Notes: generated by a model not told the origin, from the letters alone. A stretch of DNA of 63,857 nt, filler included, from 5 parts of 5 records of this genome joined end to end with filler, not necessarily neighbours in it; one strand, 5' to 3'; positions 11,901 through 21,101 are shown, counted from the whole stretch's first letter. Made by a program: numbers and translations.

Positions 11901-14900
11901 TCGCCATGCGGAACAATTCGTAGGCGGCGGCATTCTCCAATGCGGGAACACCGACAATTAGGTTGGCCTGGGTGTCGAGCGTAGCCGTATTGCCTTCAAC
12001 CTTCAGATGGTAGTCGCCCTCGATGCGGAAAGCTCCAAAGGTCAGCGCCGCATTGAAATCGACCCGCGCGTAGTTACCGGCCTCGAGAATGATGCCGTTG
12101 CGGTTTTGCTCTGTTCCAGTCGTGTTGATCCGCAGGCGGAACTGTGAACCTTCGTCGAAGCCGAGACCGATCTCACTGAACAAATTGACCGGCGCATCCA
12201 AATCCAGCGCCGCGCTCATCCCGGTGCCATCCACCCGCAAGCCGCCCTGGGCTGTGAAAGAAAACAGGGTTAAGTCCTCGATCGCCACGCTGAGGTTGGC
12301 GTCGAGGTCGACATTAACCACCCCGTCCTGCGCGCTGAAGTCGAACCGACCATTGAAATCAAGACCCAGAAACTTGGTGTGCCCCGTCGCGCTCAGGATC
12401 GCGTAAGGTCCGGCCGCCAACGTCGTGTCGCCAATCGTCACCGCCGTTGAACGGGTGTTCACCTCGAGATTGAAATCAAAGCCCACACTCACGAAGTCCG
12501 CCAGCACACCAGCCGATTCCTCATGGGTGGCCGTCATGCGGCCGGCAATACCGGTGAAGTTCAAATCAAAGGCCCCCGTGGTGGCAAAGCGCATCAGCGG
12601 CGCGTCCACCGGACCAAGCGTCACCGAGGCCGAGCTGTGCAGCGTCGTGGCGTTGACCGTGGCGTCCAAGTAGAAGTCGCCGGTCAGGGTCACCCCGCCG
12701 ATGACCGCCCGCCCATCGATGGCGACGTTAAGGAACGGACCGGCCTTTAGATTGCCCTGCGGTTGATTGGTCGTGTTGATCTGCACCTTCACCGAGCCCT
12801 CCAGATCCAGTCCGGGAATATTCAGCCCCAGCTCGGCCAATGATCCTTCGATGTCGATCTCATGCACGATGCCGGGAATCGTCAGCTCTATCGCGAAATC
12901 GAGCGGCACTCGCATCAACTCCTGCTCCTCCGCCCTGACGATGAGCGAAGCCGACGCCGCAAAACCGATGCCCGTCGTCGTCGCCGTCAGATCGTAAACG
13001 CCATCGAGACGCCAGTCGCCAATTTCCAGCGAACCGCTCACACGCACTCGGGCACCAAGGCCGGATGGCACGCCTTGAATCGTCTCCGAGGTCGTGTTGA
13101 TGCCGAGGGTAAAGGTCGCCGTGTCGCCAAAGCCAAACCCGTAGTTCTGACGACCGTTGGCCTGCTCCACGAGCTGAAGGTTGGCGAACAGGCCGTCGAG
13201 ACTCAGCCGCAGGACCCCATCGTAGGAAAATTTGTAAAACTCCACCCCGGCCGTGGACAGGCTGATCGATCCGCTCGCATCTAGAGCAACGTATTCGCCT
13301 TCAATTGATAGATCGAACACACCGGCCAAAGTCAGTTGTCCGATGGTCAACTCACCGTCCCCGCGCATCCGCAGATAGTCCCCCGCCTCGACATCGCGTC
13401 CATCGATCTCCTGGGCGGCACCAGTGGTGTTGACCTGCAGAGAGAAGCTGGCCTGCGCGAAATCTGGAATCAGCGCCGCGTATTCCGACTTCTTGACCTG
13501 GCTCAGGTCGTGATCGAGCACCATGTCGACCCCGCCATAGAGACCGGACGAATCCAAGCGGAACTGACCGGAAAGTGTAAAGTGGAAGTATGTGGTGTCG
13601 CCCGCCTTAAGTTCGGCAAACGCGTCAAAGGACAGATCGACGACCCCATTGGCCGCGGTCAGATCAAACATGCCAGTGAGCACCACCTGGTCGAGCACGC
13701 GCATCGTGCCGTTAGCCCGGATCAGCATATAGGGCCCGGCTTCGCCTACACTGTTGCCATCACGCGAGGGGGGGCCACGCGGCAGATGGATGCGATCAAC
13801 CGAGGTAGACTCGAGCAAATAAGTCGGTGTCTCATAATCCACATCCACCCCGAGCGTGTTCATCATGAAGGTGAAGTCGCCGGTCAGCTGCACACCAGCC
13901 GTGCGCAGGGGATTACTGTCCTCCAGCGACAGGTTGAGCGAGGCCGCCATGCCGACGGAGATACCTTCAACCACCAGTTTCAGATAGCCATTGGCGTCAA
14001 AGCGCAGTAATGGGGCGGCGCGCGCCCCGGCCATGATCGTGCCACTCACCACCGCGTCGAATCCTCCCTCAGTCCAGACAAAGCTAGTCAGCCCCTGCAT
14101 GTAAAACACCTCGGTGTCTTTCACCGAGAAACTGACGTAACCTTCGTGTAAAATGCTACCCTCGTTGGGATTGAGAGTGAAGGTCTTGGCTTCGGTCTGC
14201 CCCGGAAGAGTCAGCGTATAATCAACGCTCTCACCCGTGCTGTTGAAGCGCATCACGGCCAGCCCATCCAGTTCCAAGCCGATCTTTTCCAGCGCACTCA
14301 GATCTCGTGGCGCGATGGAGAGCACGCCGATTAGCTGCACGTTTTCCTCACCATCGAAATACACATCAAACTCACCCGACATCCCGACCACATCCCCGAG
14401 GCCGATCAATTTGGCCCGCCCCTCCACGGTCAGATGCAGACTGGGCATATCCAACTTCACGTCAAAGATCGCCTGCCCCTCGATCGTGAAGAGCGGCACT
14501 AAATTAAAGAGCCGCATTTCGATTCCACCGATGATCGTCACCTGGAATTGTTCAAACGCCGCAGTCGGTGGGTTCTCATGATCGATCGTCACCCCGAAAT
14601 CAAACAGCAACTGCCCGTAGAGCCTGATGCCCCCTTTCTTCGCTGGATCGATAGGGATCTCAGCAGCAAAGAGCATGTTGGCTCGGCCTTCCGTTGTGAT
14701 CTTGCTCAGGTCGGTGTAAAGACGAGCCCGGAAGGTCATGGTATCCTTCGCGAGCTTGAACCGGCCGTAGAATAGAGATTTGCCAGTCGTATCCATCAGG
14801 AAATCGGCCTCGATGGAAAAGGCATCCCGGCTCGCGTAGGAGCTGAATATCGTCACGCCGCCTTCGATCCGGAAGTGATCCAGCAACGCAGCAAACCCGG

Positions 14901-17900
14901 CGTCACCCTGGTGATTCTTAATCTGACGCTGCAGGGTGCTGATCATCTGCGCCCGCCACTCGTTGAACGTCATGTCATTGACCGGTTTGAAGTCGAATCC
15001 CGGCCCAAACATATCCCGGGCATCGGTTATCTCCGGTATCGTCGTGTTGAAGGTGATGCCCGCCCGGAAATCCGTCAGCGCCAGTCCCGTCACGAAAGGA
15101 TCGACCACGACAGGGGCGACGACCTTGATATAACCCTGCATTGGGCCGTATTGCGACATACCGAGGTAAAGCGCGAAGCCACCATAGCCAGCGATGACGA
15201 TCTCCCCTTGGATGGCCCCCCAGATCACCTGCTGGGCCACGGGAGTCGTGGTATCACTGGACCCGATGATGTTGCCATCCGCATCCACGCGGGCCAGACC
15301 GAGGATGAGCGCACCACTGATCGTGCTGCCGCCCATCGAGCCCCCTATCGCGATATTAAACTCGGATGGGAATTCGGTGATGTAAAACTCCCCGTTGATC
15401 AACTTGCCGACATCAATGACCAGATTGTCAATCGAACCGATCAACGTGATCGCCGTTCCCTTGATTGGCAAACGACCACCCAAGCCGTCCACGCCAACGG
15501 TGGCGCTGACCCTCAAGGTGAAGTCCAGAACATTGTCCTCGATATTCTGCCAATGGGCTTCAATGAGACGCACTTGGAAGGGCATCCAGAAGGGCAGACC
15601 CATGCGTGAGTTGAAGTCGTCTCCCTGACTAAAGCTCACTTTGAACTCGCCAGTTTCCCCGGCCGTAATTTTCCCATTCGCCAACACCGACAACGCGGTG
15701 GACTGCCCCACCAGCGAAATCGCGGCGATCTCGACCTTGGCAGACTCAATCGCAAACGCCACCTGGTCCCCTGTCGCCAGGAAGTTCACCACCAGCCCAT
15801 TGGCCTCCATCGTCAGGTGTTCTCCGATCGTCAGAGCCGCCCGCTGCACCGAGGCCGCCGCTGCCGTGATATCCCGGATTTCCGGATGGTAATGACTGTA
15901 GAGGCCGTTCCCAAAATCCGTTCCCGATCCCACCGACTGAATCGTAAACCCAAACGCCAGTTTCGCATTGGTGACCTCCAGATAATCGCCGTAATTGAAA
16001 TTGAGGCTAAACTCCGCCGCCATCGTCGCACTAAGCGTTGACGGATCCCAGGTGCCCGACACCGCCACGTTCAGATCGCCACTCAAATTCTCCGACTCTC
16101 CCGCATCGGCAATTGTCAGGCTTCCCGCAAACACCGGCGTCCAGTTTACTCCGGCCAGCTCTCCCAACGTAATCGAACCGTTGAGAGTGAAGCTCCCACC
16201 GAGTTCCCAATCCTTGATCCTGAGAGTCACCGTCCCGATTTCCGCCGGAGTAAATCCGTCCGGGCCCTTGCGCAGCTCCAAATCAAACACATCCGAGCCG
16301 TCATCCACCAACGAACCGCCAAGCTCCACCTCCAGCGGGAAGGGCAGATTGGCCAGCTTGCTGTAATCCATCACCGCCTTACCCGCCAAAGCAAAAGCAT
16401 CCAGCGTGAAGGTCTCGCCTTCGTCCCGCGTGCCATTGCCATTCACATCCCCGGCAAAGTTCACCGTCACGGAATTCAACAACACCGGCAGCACCTGGCC
16501 TATCGAAACTTGTCCCGGACCGTCACTCTGCAGCGTCATGCCGTCCACCGTCGCCGCCCCGGTCTTGGTCAACGCCAGCCCGTTGATCTCACCGCTCAGC
16601 CCGTATTGCCCCAAGCTTACCTGTATATTATCCACCGCCAACACCGTGTCGCTCTCCGGCCGCAGGGTCAGGTTGCTGGCGTCGAATTTCACCGATCCGG
16701 TAATCGAAAAACTCAACGCGTCAGTGCCCAGTTCGAGCCGATCATCAGTCTTCGTCAGATCGTAGCTGCCGCTCAGAGTAGTGGCCGTGGCCGTAAACCC
16801 ATCGTTGTCCGGAAACAGCGTGCCCGTATCGGCGGTGAGGTTCACCTCATCCGCGCTCACTGTGCCGCTCAGAATGGAGATGCCCTCAAAGGAGACGGCG
16901 GCATCGCTCACGGCGACGGTTCCACCCAATGTAATCGTCGGAATGTTCAGGCTGCCTTCACCGATCGCAAAGCCGTTGGTCCGGATCGAGACGCTGGCAG
17001 CCGAAGTCGACGGGGGCCCGGTGCTCGGGGTGCTCTTGAGGAAAAGTAAAGCGACCGGCGCATTGTCCAACTGCACCAACTCCTGCTCGTCGGTCACGTT
17101 GCGCTTATGTTGCAGCGTCAATCCCGCCGCCACGATCTTGACCAAATTAGCGGCCAGAATCTCAAACTGATCCGCGGTCGTGGTGAAGGTTTGTCCCGCA
17201 AAATCATAGCTACCGGTCACGGCATAATCATCCGCATCATCGCCATCGGTGATCGTGGAACTGAATCCAGTGGCATCCGGCTCAAACTGGCTCTCGCCAC
17301 CCGTAAAGGTCAGTTGCCCCGTCCACGCCCCCGAGCCGAAATCACCGCTCAAAGAGCCACTCGCCGCGAAAGTCCCGATCGAAAGATAATTGCCCCCGGC
17401 TGGATTAACCACCGAGATCACATCGGTGTTCATCGTGCCGTTGAGAGAAATGGTATCCTGATCAAAACCTGCCGTGAAATCAATTGTCGGGGTCGAACCA
17501 TCCTCGCTCAGAAAATCCAGATCGGCTTGCAGCGTGCCGCTGCCGGTGAAGGACGATCCGCTGACACTAATCGCAAAATTCTGAGCCGCCACGGCCAATC
17601 CCTGCCAAGTCAAGTCGGCCTGCGAACCGCTCAACTTCCACGCCGCGCCACCTGCCTCAAGGGTCCCCGTCAGCGCGATCTGAGCCGCGTGGCCACTGCC
17701 ATCCGTGACTCCGGGCAGCGTGAGGGTGCCCGTCAGGGCAGCTGTCGAAGCCACCGTGGTCGATCCGGTTTCCGCCGTGCGACTCATCGTGTAATCTCGA
17801 CTGTAATCCATCGCAACCGGAGCCCCGGCCAGATCGAGACTCACCTTCACCGTGCCCGACGCGGAAGCCGCCGTCCCGGCATCGGTTTTGAATACCGTCA

Positions 17901-18843
17901 AGTTTACATCGACAGCCGTGGAGCCCGAAGCCGTCACCGTGCGCCCGCCCTGTCGCACCGAACCGGTCAATGTCGCGGCGCCGGCCACAGCCAGCGCAAG
18001 ATTCGTGTCAGTCAACAGACTAAAACCACCGTCGCGCCATTCAAACGCCACTCGTTGCATCAACGTGGCCAGCAGATTGAGGGTCGCCGTCAGGTTCAAG
18101 GTGTCAGCCAAACCGGCCAACAAATCGGCGGGTTCCACAAAATTTCCCTGGGCATACCCCGGATCGATTCCGAGATCAGCCGCCACTTGGCGGGAAAGCC
18201 GCGCTTCAAAATCCGCACCGGTCGCCGAATCACTCACCGTATAGCCGGCATTGGTCAGCGCGGTTCTGGCCTCGGCCACCGTGCTGGCAGCACCAATTTC
18301 CGGCAGCACCAATCCGGCGGATTGAGCCGTCAAATCAAAGAGATCATCCAGTGCGGTGGGCAGGGTCGGCAGCGCAAAGGAAGGCCGCCCCGTGGCCGCA
18401 AAACTAATCGTGGTCAGATCAAATGCGTCGAGCAGGCTCTGCATCGAAGTGGTCAACTCCCCCAGTCCCGCATTAATGGAATCGCCCACCGTCACCGCTG
18501 TATTCTCCGCCACGGCCTTGGGGGCCACCACCTCCATCGTCGGCACACTGACTTCGATTTGCAGACCTGTCTCGCTCCAAGTCGTCGCCACTTGCTGATC
18601 GGCACCTGTGGTCACCAGAGTCGTCGGAGCCTCTATGGATTCTGGTAAGGTCACCAAGTTGGCCAAGATCGTGCCATCCGTCAGATCCGCGGTATCGGTT
18701 TTGACCACCACCGAACCCGCTTCCGCCAGATTTACATTTCCGGACAAGACCACGCCGTCAGCCGCATCGGCAGTCCAGACATCAATCGCCATCGTCCACT
18801 CTCCGCTGAGAGTAATTGAGGCACCTTCAATCTCGGCGACCGT
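5911..18843 (-). CDS. Giant secreted/surface protein (>4293 aa, N-terminus truncated by contig end): beta-rich repeats, SdrD-B/EF-hand-like DxNxDG repeats, Ig/cadherin-like and Calx-beta-like C-terminal domains
   Basis: Single open frame continues to the linker. Repeated NTTG modules; FFDLNGDGLRQASEPFTTTDEAGNF-type repeats; GSVVFAPGETTQTIRV (Calx-beta-like). Confidence 0.85.
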   Translation of the reverse strand, partial: TVAEIEGASITLSGEWTMAIDVWTADAADGVVLSGNVNLAEAGSVVVKTDTADLTDGTILANLVTLPESIEAPTTLVTTGADQQVATTWSETGLQIEVSVPTMEVVAPKAVAENTAVTVGDSINAGLGELTTSMQSLLDAFDLTTISFAATGRPSFALPTLPTALDDLFDLTAQSAGLVLPEIGAASTVAEARTALTNAGYTVSDSATGADFEARLSRQVAADLGIDPGYAQGNFVEPADLLAGLADTLNLTATLNLLATLMQRVAFEWRDGGFSLLTDTNLALAVAGAATLTGSVRQGGRTVTASGSTAVDVNLTVFKTDAGTAASASGTVKVSLDLAGAPVAMDYSRDYTMSRTAETGSTTVASTAALTGTLTLPGVTDGSGHAAQIALTGTLEAGGAAWKLSGSQADLTWQGLAVAAQNFAISVSGSSFTGSGTLQADLDFLSEDGSTPTIDFTAGFDQDTISLNGTMNTDVISVVNPAGGNYLSIGTFAASGSLSGDFGSGAWTGQLTFTGGESQFEPDATGFSSTITDGDDADDYAVTGSYDFAGQTFTTTADQFEILAANLVKIVAAGLTLQHKRNVTDEQELVQLDNAPVALLFLKSTPSTGPPSTSAASVSIRTNGFAIGEGSLNIPTITLGGTVAVSDAAVSFEGISILSGTVSADEVNLTADTGTLFPDNDGFTATATTLSGSYDLTKTDDRLELGTDALSFSITGSVKFDASNLTLRPESDTVLAVDNIQVSLGQYGLSGEINGLALTKTGAATVDGMTLQSDGPGQVSIGQVLPVLLNSVTVNFAGDVNGNGTRDEGETFTLDAFALAGKAVMDYSKLANLPFPLEVELGGSLVDDGSDVFDLELRKGPDGFTPAEIGTVTLRIKDWELGGSFTLNGSITLGELAGVNWTPVFAGSLTIADAGESENLSGDLNVAVSGTWDPSTLSATMAAEFSLNFNYGDYLEVTNAKLAFGFTIQSVGSGTDFGNGLYSHYHPEIRDITAAAASVQRAALTIGEHLTMEANGLVVNFLATGDQVAFAIESAKVEIAAISLVGQSTALSVLANGKITAGETGEFKVSFSQGDDFNSRMGLPFWMPFQVRLIEAHWQNIEDNVLDFTLRVSATVGVDGLGGRLPIKGTAITLIGSIDNLVIDVGKLINGEFYITEFPSEFNIAIGGSMGGSTISGALILGLARVDADGNIIGSSDTTTPVAQQVIWGAIQGEIVIAGYGGFALYLGMSQYGPMQGYIKVVAPVVVDPFVTGLALTDFRAGITFNTTIPEITDARDMFGPGFDFKPVNDMTFNEWRAQMISTLQRQIKNHQGDAGFAALLDHFRIEGGVTIFSSYASRDAFSIEADFLMDTTGKSLFYGRFKLAKDTMTFRARLYTDLSKITTEGRANMLFAAEIPIDPAKKGGIRLYGQLLFDFGVTIDHENPPTAAFEQFQVTIIGGIEMRLFNLVPLFTIEGQAIFDVKLDMPSLHLTVEGRAKLIGLGDVVGMSGEFDVYFDGEENVQLIGVLSIAPRDLSALEKIGLELDGLAVMRFNSTGESVDYTLTLPGQTEAKTFTLNPNEGSILHEGYVSFSVKDTEVFYMQGLTSFVWTEGGFDAVVSGTIMAGARAAPLLRFDANGYLKLVVEGISVGMAASLNLSLEDSNPLRTAGVQLTGDFTFMMNTLGVDVDYETPTYLLESTSVDRIHLPRGPPSRDGNSVGEAGPYMLIRANGTMRVLDQVVLTGMFDLTAANGVVDLSFDAFAELKAGDTTYFHFTLSGQFRLDSSGLYGGVDMVLDHDLSQVKKSEYAALIPDFAQASFSLQVNTTGAAQEIDGRDVEAGDYLRMRGDGELTIGQLTLAGVFDLSIEGEYVALDASGSISLSTAGVEFYKFSYDGVLRLSLDGLFANLQLVEQANGRQNYGFGFGDTATFTLGINTTSETIQGVPSGLGARVRVSGSLEIGDWRLDGVYDLTATTTGIGFAASASLIVRAEEQELMRVPLDFAIELTIPGIVHEIDIEGSLAELGLNIPGLDLEGSVKVQINTTNQPQGNLKAGPFLNVAIDGRAVIGGVTLTGDFYLDATVNATTLHSSASVTLGPVDAPLMRFATTGAFDLNFTGIAGRMTATHEESAGVLADFVSVGFDFNLEVNTRSTAVTIGDTTLAAGPYAILSATGHTKFLGLDFNGRFDFSAQDGVVNVDLDANLSVAIEDLTLFSFTAQGGLRVDGTGMSAALDLDAPVNLFSEIGLGFDEGSQFRLRINTTGTEQNRNGIILEAGNYARVDFNAALTFGAFRIEGDYHLKVEGNTATLDTQANLIVGVPALENAAAYELFRMAMSGGFEISRAGVAAVFDLNAGSLEQISFGDIVLPVTTGSTYRLQLNTTGEARTIAGIDLAAGRYARIDTQGKFDIGFAKAEGQVSIYAGQKGVELDFVSVVKVGIPGTQLEIIQWDLRGGFSVTAKGVYGIAQLTAGVGLSGLQSLGITFDTVGQHSVETLVINTTGVEQTAGELTIEAGNYIEFRYNRVMSIGAIRSEGGGTMRLASDGLHMYGKGELFMGIPGVFTLYRASNDMDWRITSEGAWGRSTLTRSNDAITIGDLSISPDANQQAVLQFNTTSKTQTIAGEDIKAGTFHIASNTSIDFLGQTFIGDSLLAVDTESGYGMISFTGDLKIRLGDWEAFDFSADGFFAINNHGVAVGMELTAKGSSSIAGARLSGNFKLEASTLREQIVVPDFKVGEVSVPGRTVGVGKFFRVHLDGSLTTDIGLSANGTFDMLIDGNGFAVDASISITALGVTLSGSGLMRISSEGVVAKFTLNSPRISNALYTVDAGTFELAINTTGKAQSGLAARIAEIGIRDAEIAVLNAKITGTAYITFDGGVTLRIIDMTSTLNLPWLGGIKFTVNGWMNTAGQFRFTGTTDIAIGSRSSLGIFAQAEVTVSSADGIYGTFAGIIEVPGPDYGNASGSFSANSSGITLNVAHSAFYLLNNLVLVQGGVTLRGDNQGVLTATFHNVTGRINAPGLTQTLTLNGSISTNGYIDLHGTMDLNVGDTVLGLRTSASVTIRNDSIIGSLSGRLYVPGDYSEFSGDFYISSSTFVINVYRARFSLLGGAIILEGGGSLRVSSTGMRLEVKNVTADVSGVFRTTVSGHIDTNGSFSFDGTLSLNTGSRSLAAIEGSMRLQVSSDSGVRGWLNGNVYLLGSRVAGIKDTTISFDSSGFNLRTSFNLGWQGFSFWGTLNMSSRSGEVSASLSGSASLWGLSGNVSASFGKGSYSMSGDLSFSTSGGWLIEYGASGKLKYSINNGNVSIKASGSAWIGTYVYYLFGRDWKQVSTQFSGSIDLGKKTASVSVKLLGITYSLKVSFANGVTISKSNVGGSLVFLDVNRNGQLDAGEPFTTADGDGYFTFNEDEAVIEPVAVDPNQPGSVTGDVVSLGVLSVYDADGDGYLDESEGIMHVVGGRHVFSGAAGTSPVAVDEHLDYGTTEWAGATIFFDLNGDGLRQASEPFTTTDEAGNFDFNPIEVPEVDVLGRLAQFDTNGDGELTSDEIALYAVNGTSLDELVNGFRIYDDANGNGRLDSGELSAHLTPDFTEDFHNTRVLHGDISVVGTPLAIFDRNGDGILSGARADALVFVDETSLVPLTRIPSLATGALPVTNAEYVFADANGNGRYDEGEPMARPDDRNIYTFVEGPAPTRTNPLGRLAPFDTNGNGVIDHSEGVLVALGGTDTDNGLEAPFATMALAANYGQGIAFNMNPLSTLQVALVDRGMSAEDADQLVNQAFALADQVNVDLMQPGATVGGMDSLTENSVLSAMAQLTSLVTGGAGLFGDLDGAAQQDAMLDALADWLYASTQDNDLGDEVLDLRDAAALSNVLGNASNRLGANLSTSQIDAAAAVLGIINHVIVATAEDGGAVDRELAQVKAELFTDVADLLRAVGRGEVDADAVAAAFTLENFLSDVDENALLPTTAPELEDIGDQVVAGGDRLTIALPIYDTDSRLDSLDISLVADTPGLVNTDAVEFVLDGAQWVMIVPTFAVGTGSTELTLRVSDGEHVRETRFRVTFNGINNTVQLIRPVPAQILGEDEMVGIDLRGVFSDPNGDATYELVPVGENQVVTAVIENGVLILTGDRGLAGLAVFDLIARDANGATNTRFAVAVYPELEIGQHVGVDSEGRAVITLHLSIPSTQALVFGYDAGLSQGSVVFAPGETTQTIRVTLPADGDVYTDGLSFSLDHQGVVGEFTVGLNRLSAVELMGMRRTAAEQVTVSFRLTFESLLVDEDDGSVVRVVRLTPVTEKPETVTSKEKSVARSSAANDSELVSESSLESLMQPRGITLL

Positions 18844-18943
18844 NNNNNNNNNNNNNNNNNNNNNNNNNNNNNNNNNNNNNNNNNNNNTTAATTAATTAAN
18901 NNNNNNNNNNNNNNNNNNNNNNNNNNNNNNNNNNNNNNNNNNN
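18844..18943. other. Artificial contig linker (N44-TTAATTAATTAA-N44)
   Basis: N runs flanking a six-frame stop sequence. Confidence 0.98.
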
Positions 18944-20305
18944 AGCAGCGGTAACGTCTACGTCACGGGACAATTCGAGGGCACGGTGGATTTCGATCCC
19001 GGCACGGGAACGAAAAATCTGACCAGCATCGGCAGCTACGACGCCTTCCTGCTCAAGCTCGACAGTGACGGTAATTTTGTCTCGGCTGCGTCGGGAGTAC
19101 AGAGCGGGAGTTCGAGCAGGGGGCTGACGAAGACAAACCAGACAGCAGCGGATATTGCCGGCACCGAGACCAACCACATGCTGGTGAACAATGTCGGCAG
19201 TACCGCGTCCGGCGCGCTGATCTCTGGTACCGGCAGCGGCAATACCGTCACCGTCACCCTGCCTGCCGGGCTGTCCGTGACGAATAACGGTACCGCTCCG
19301 GCGGTCAGCGGTGAGGCGGCGGGGGCAAACTTGACCGGACAGATTCAGGCAAGCGGGATCTCGGCCACAAACCAGGTCTTCCTCGATACCCACGGCCAGG
19401 CCTTCGTGAACAGCCTCGGCGGCACTGCGCTCGACATCCGGACCATCACCTTCTCCGAAGCGGACGGCTCGCAGCAGACCGCCCAGTTCAACGGAACGAC
19501 AACAGGTGGCCCCGAAGTCCTGGTGATCGACACCACCGGTCTGACCCCGGGCTCGACCATGCATCTCGAGCATGTCGACTTCGCCGCCATCCTCGGCAAC
19601 GCCACGGTCACCGGCGGCAGCGGTAGTTCCAGTTATATCGTCGGTGACGATGCCGTCCAGCTCGTCTCGCTCAGCGAAGGCAATGACACGATCGCCGCCG
19701 GCGGCGGCGCGGACACGGTCAGATCGAGCTGGGGCGAGGATCTGGTCTACGGTAACCAGGGTGCGGATGCACTCTTCGGCGACGGTGGCATGGATACGCT
19801 CTTTGGCGGCCAGGAGGGCGACATCCTCCACGGCAACAACGACGCGGACGTGCTCTACGGCAACAGAGGCGCCGATACGCTGTCTGGCGGCGAGGACAAG
19901 GATACGCTGTTCGGCGGCGAGGACAATGACATCCTTTATGGCAATACCGGGAACGACAGCCTGAATGGTAACCTTGGTGATGACACACTCTATGGCGGGC
20001 AGGGCAACGATGTAATCTCCGGCGCTGCGGGGAACGATTATCTGGCTGGCAACCGGGGCGACGATACCCTCACCGGCGGAGAGGGGGCGGACACCTTCGT
20101 CTTCAGCTTCGATGGCGGCAACAATCAGGTGGCTGACTTTCAGGTGGGCACCGACACGCTTGCTCTTGAAGCCGGGCTCGGCGTGAGCGGTGGTGCCGAG
20201 AGCGGCGGCAACACTGTCGTCACCCTCTCCGACGGCGGCACCGTGACCGTGATCGGCGTCTCCAAGATCGACCTCGCGGCCACGACGGGCTGGGATCTGG
20301 GATAG
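18944..20305 (+). CDS. RTX/hemolysin-type Ca-binding secreted protein, 5'-truncated, with an SBBP-like propeller repeat
   Basis: [19 protein letters not shown]...[13 protein letters not shown] at contig start; many GGxGxD/GNxGxD nonapeptides; C-terminal GADTFVF. Confidence 0.9.
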   Translation, partial: SSGNVYVTGQFEGTVDFDPGTGTKNLTSIGSYDAFLLKLDSDGNFVSAASGVQSGSSSRGLTKTNQTAADIAGTETNHMLVNNVGSTASGALISGTGSGNTVTVTLPAGLSVTNNGTAPAVSGEAAGANLTGQIQASGISATNQVFLDTHGQAFVNSLGGTALDIRTITFSEADGSQQTAQFNGTTTGGPEVLVIDTTGLTPGSTMHLEHVDFAAILGNATVTGGSGSSSYIVGDDAVQLVSLSEGNDTIAAGGGADTVRSSWGEDLVYGNQGADALFGDGGMDTLFGGQEGDILHGNNDADVLYGNRGADTLSGGEDKDTLFGGEDNDILYGNTGNDSLNGNLGDDTLYGGQGNDVISGAAGNDYLAGNRGDDTLTGGEGADTFVFSFDGGNNQVADFQVGTDTLALEAGLGVSGGAESGGNTVVTLSDGGTVTVIGVSKIDLAATTGWDLG

Positions 20306-20333
20306 TCCGCCTCGCTTCTCGGATCTTCTCTTT

Positions 20334-20419
20334 CGTCATCCCGGGCTTGACCCGGGATCTCCCGAAGCGGGGCAAAGCCTGCGATCAAAAAGGTCCCGGC
20401 TCGGGGGCCGGGAAAATGA
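20334..20419. repeat. REP/RIME-like palindromic intergenic element
   Basis: CGTCATCCCGGGCTTGACCCGGGATC...CCCGGCTCGGGGGCCGGGA; two hairpins between convergent genes; related copy at 63747. Confidence 0.7.
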
Positions 20420-20432
20420 TGTCTTGATCCGG

Positions 20433-21101
20433 TCAGAAATCCAGGTTGGCGTAATGCGCCGGTGGGCGGACGCCGGGGATGTGGTCTGACAGCAGGGGGC
20501 GGAAGCTCGGGCGGGACTTGACCCGGGCGTACCATTCCTTGGCTTCGGGATACTTCTCCCACGGCACGTCGCCGATATAGTCGACGGTGGATATGTGGGA
20601 CGCGGCGGCGATATCCGCCAGACTGAAATGATCGCCACCGAGCCAGTTCCGGCGCTCTGCCAGAAAACCGATATAGGCCATGTGGGTGGCAATGTTCGTA
20701 TGCCCGGCACGGATCGCCGCGCTCGAGGGCTCGCCAGTGCCGAGGAAGCGCTTCATCAGCTTTTCGCCGACCAGCATGTCGGTCACTTCCGTGCTGAACT
20801 TGCGGTCGAACCAGGCCACCAGTCGGCGTATTTCGGCACGCGCGGCGGCGTCGCCCGGCAGCAGCGGGATCTCGGGGCGGGTTTCTTCGAGATATTCGGA
20901 AATGGCGCTCGAGTTGGCGACCGTGGTGCCGTCATCGTCGACGAAAACAGGCACTGTGCCGTCCGGGTTCATGGCGAGGAATTCCGGGCGCCGGTCCCAG
21001 ATCTGTTCGACCTTGGTTTCGGTCTCGATTTTCTTCTCGCCGAGAGACACGCGGATCTTCCGGCAGAAAGGCGAAATCCAAAGGTGATAGAGGGTCGGCA
21101 T
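20433..21101 (-). CDS. fzlA: GST-family FtsZ-binding protein FzlA
   Basis: GST fold (SPFCRKIR, NPDGTVP, FSLADIAAA) and FzlA-type C-terminus KSRPSFRPLL...HYANLDF. Confidence 0.8.
   Translation of the reverse strand: MPTLYHLWISPFCRKIRVSLGEKKIETETKVEQIWDRRPEFLAMNPDGTVPVFVDDDGTTVANSSAISEYLEETRPEIPLLPGDAAARAEIRRLVAWFDRKFSTEVTDMLVGEKLMKRFLGTGEPSSAAIRAGHTNIATHMAYIGFLAERRNWLGGDHFSLADIAAASHISTVDYIGDVPWEKYPEAKEWYARVKSRPSFRPLLSDHIPGVRPPAHYANLDF

Noticed and set aside
17107-18648. 513-aa + strand ORF and other long antisense ORFs (e.g. 4536-5924, 25201-27201, 44255-45826, 53242-54621)
   Set aside because: Shadows of well-supported opposite-strand genes in high-GC DNA; no motifs
18888-18899. TTAATTAATTAA as a CtrA or regulatory repeat
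   Set aside because: Artificial six-frame stop linker between N runs
18792-20305. RTX protein as part of, or cargo for, the contig-1 exporter
   Set aside because: Separated by a linker, on the opposite strand, probably from a different organism
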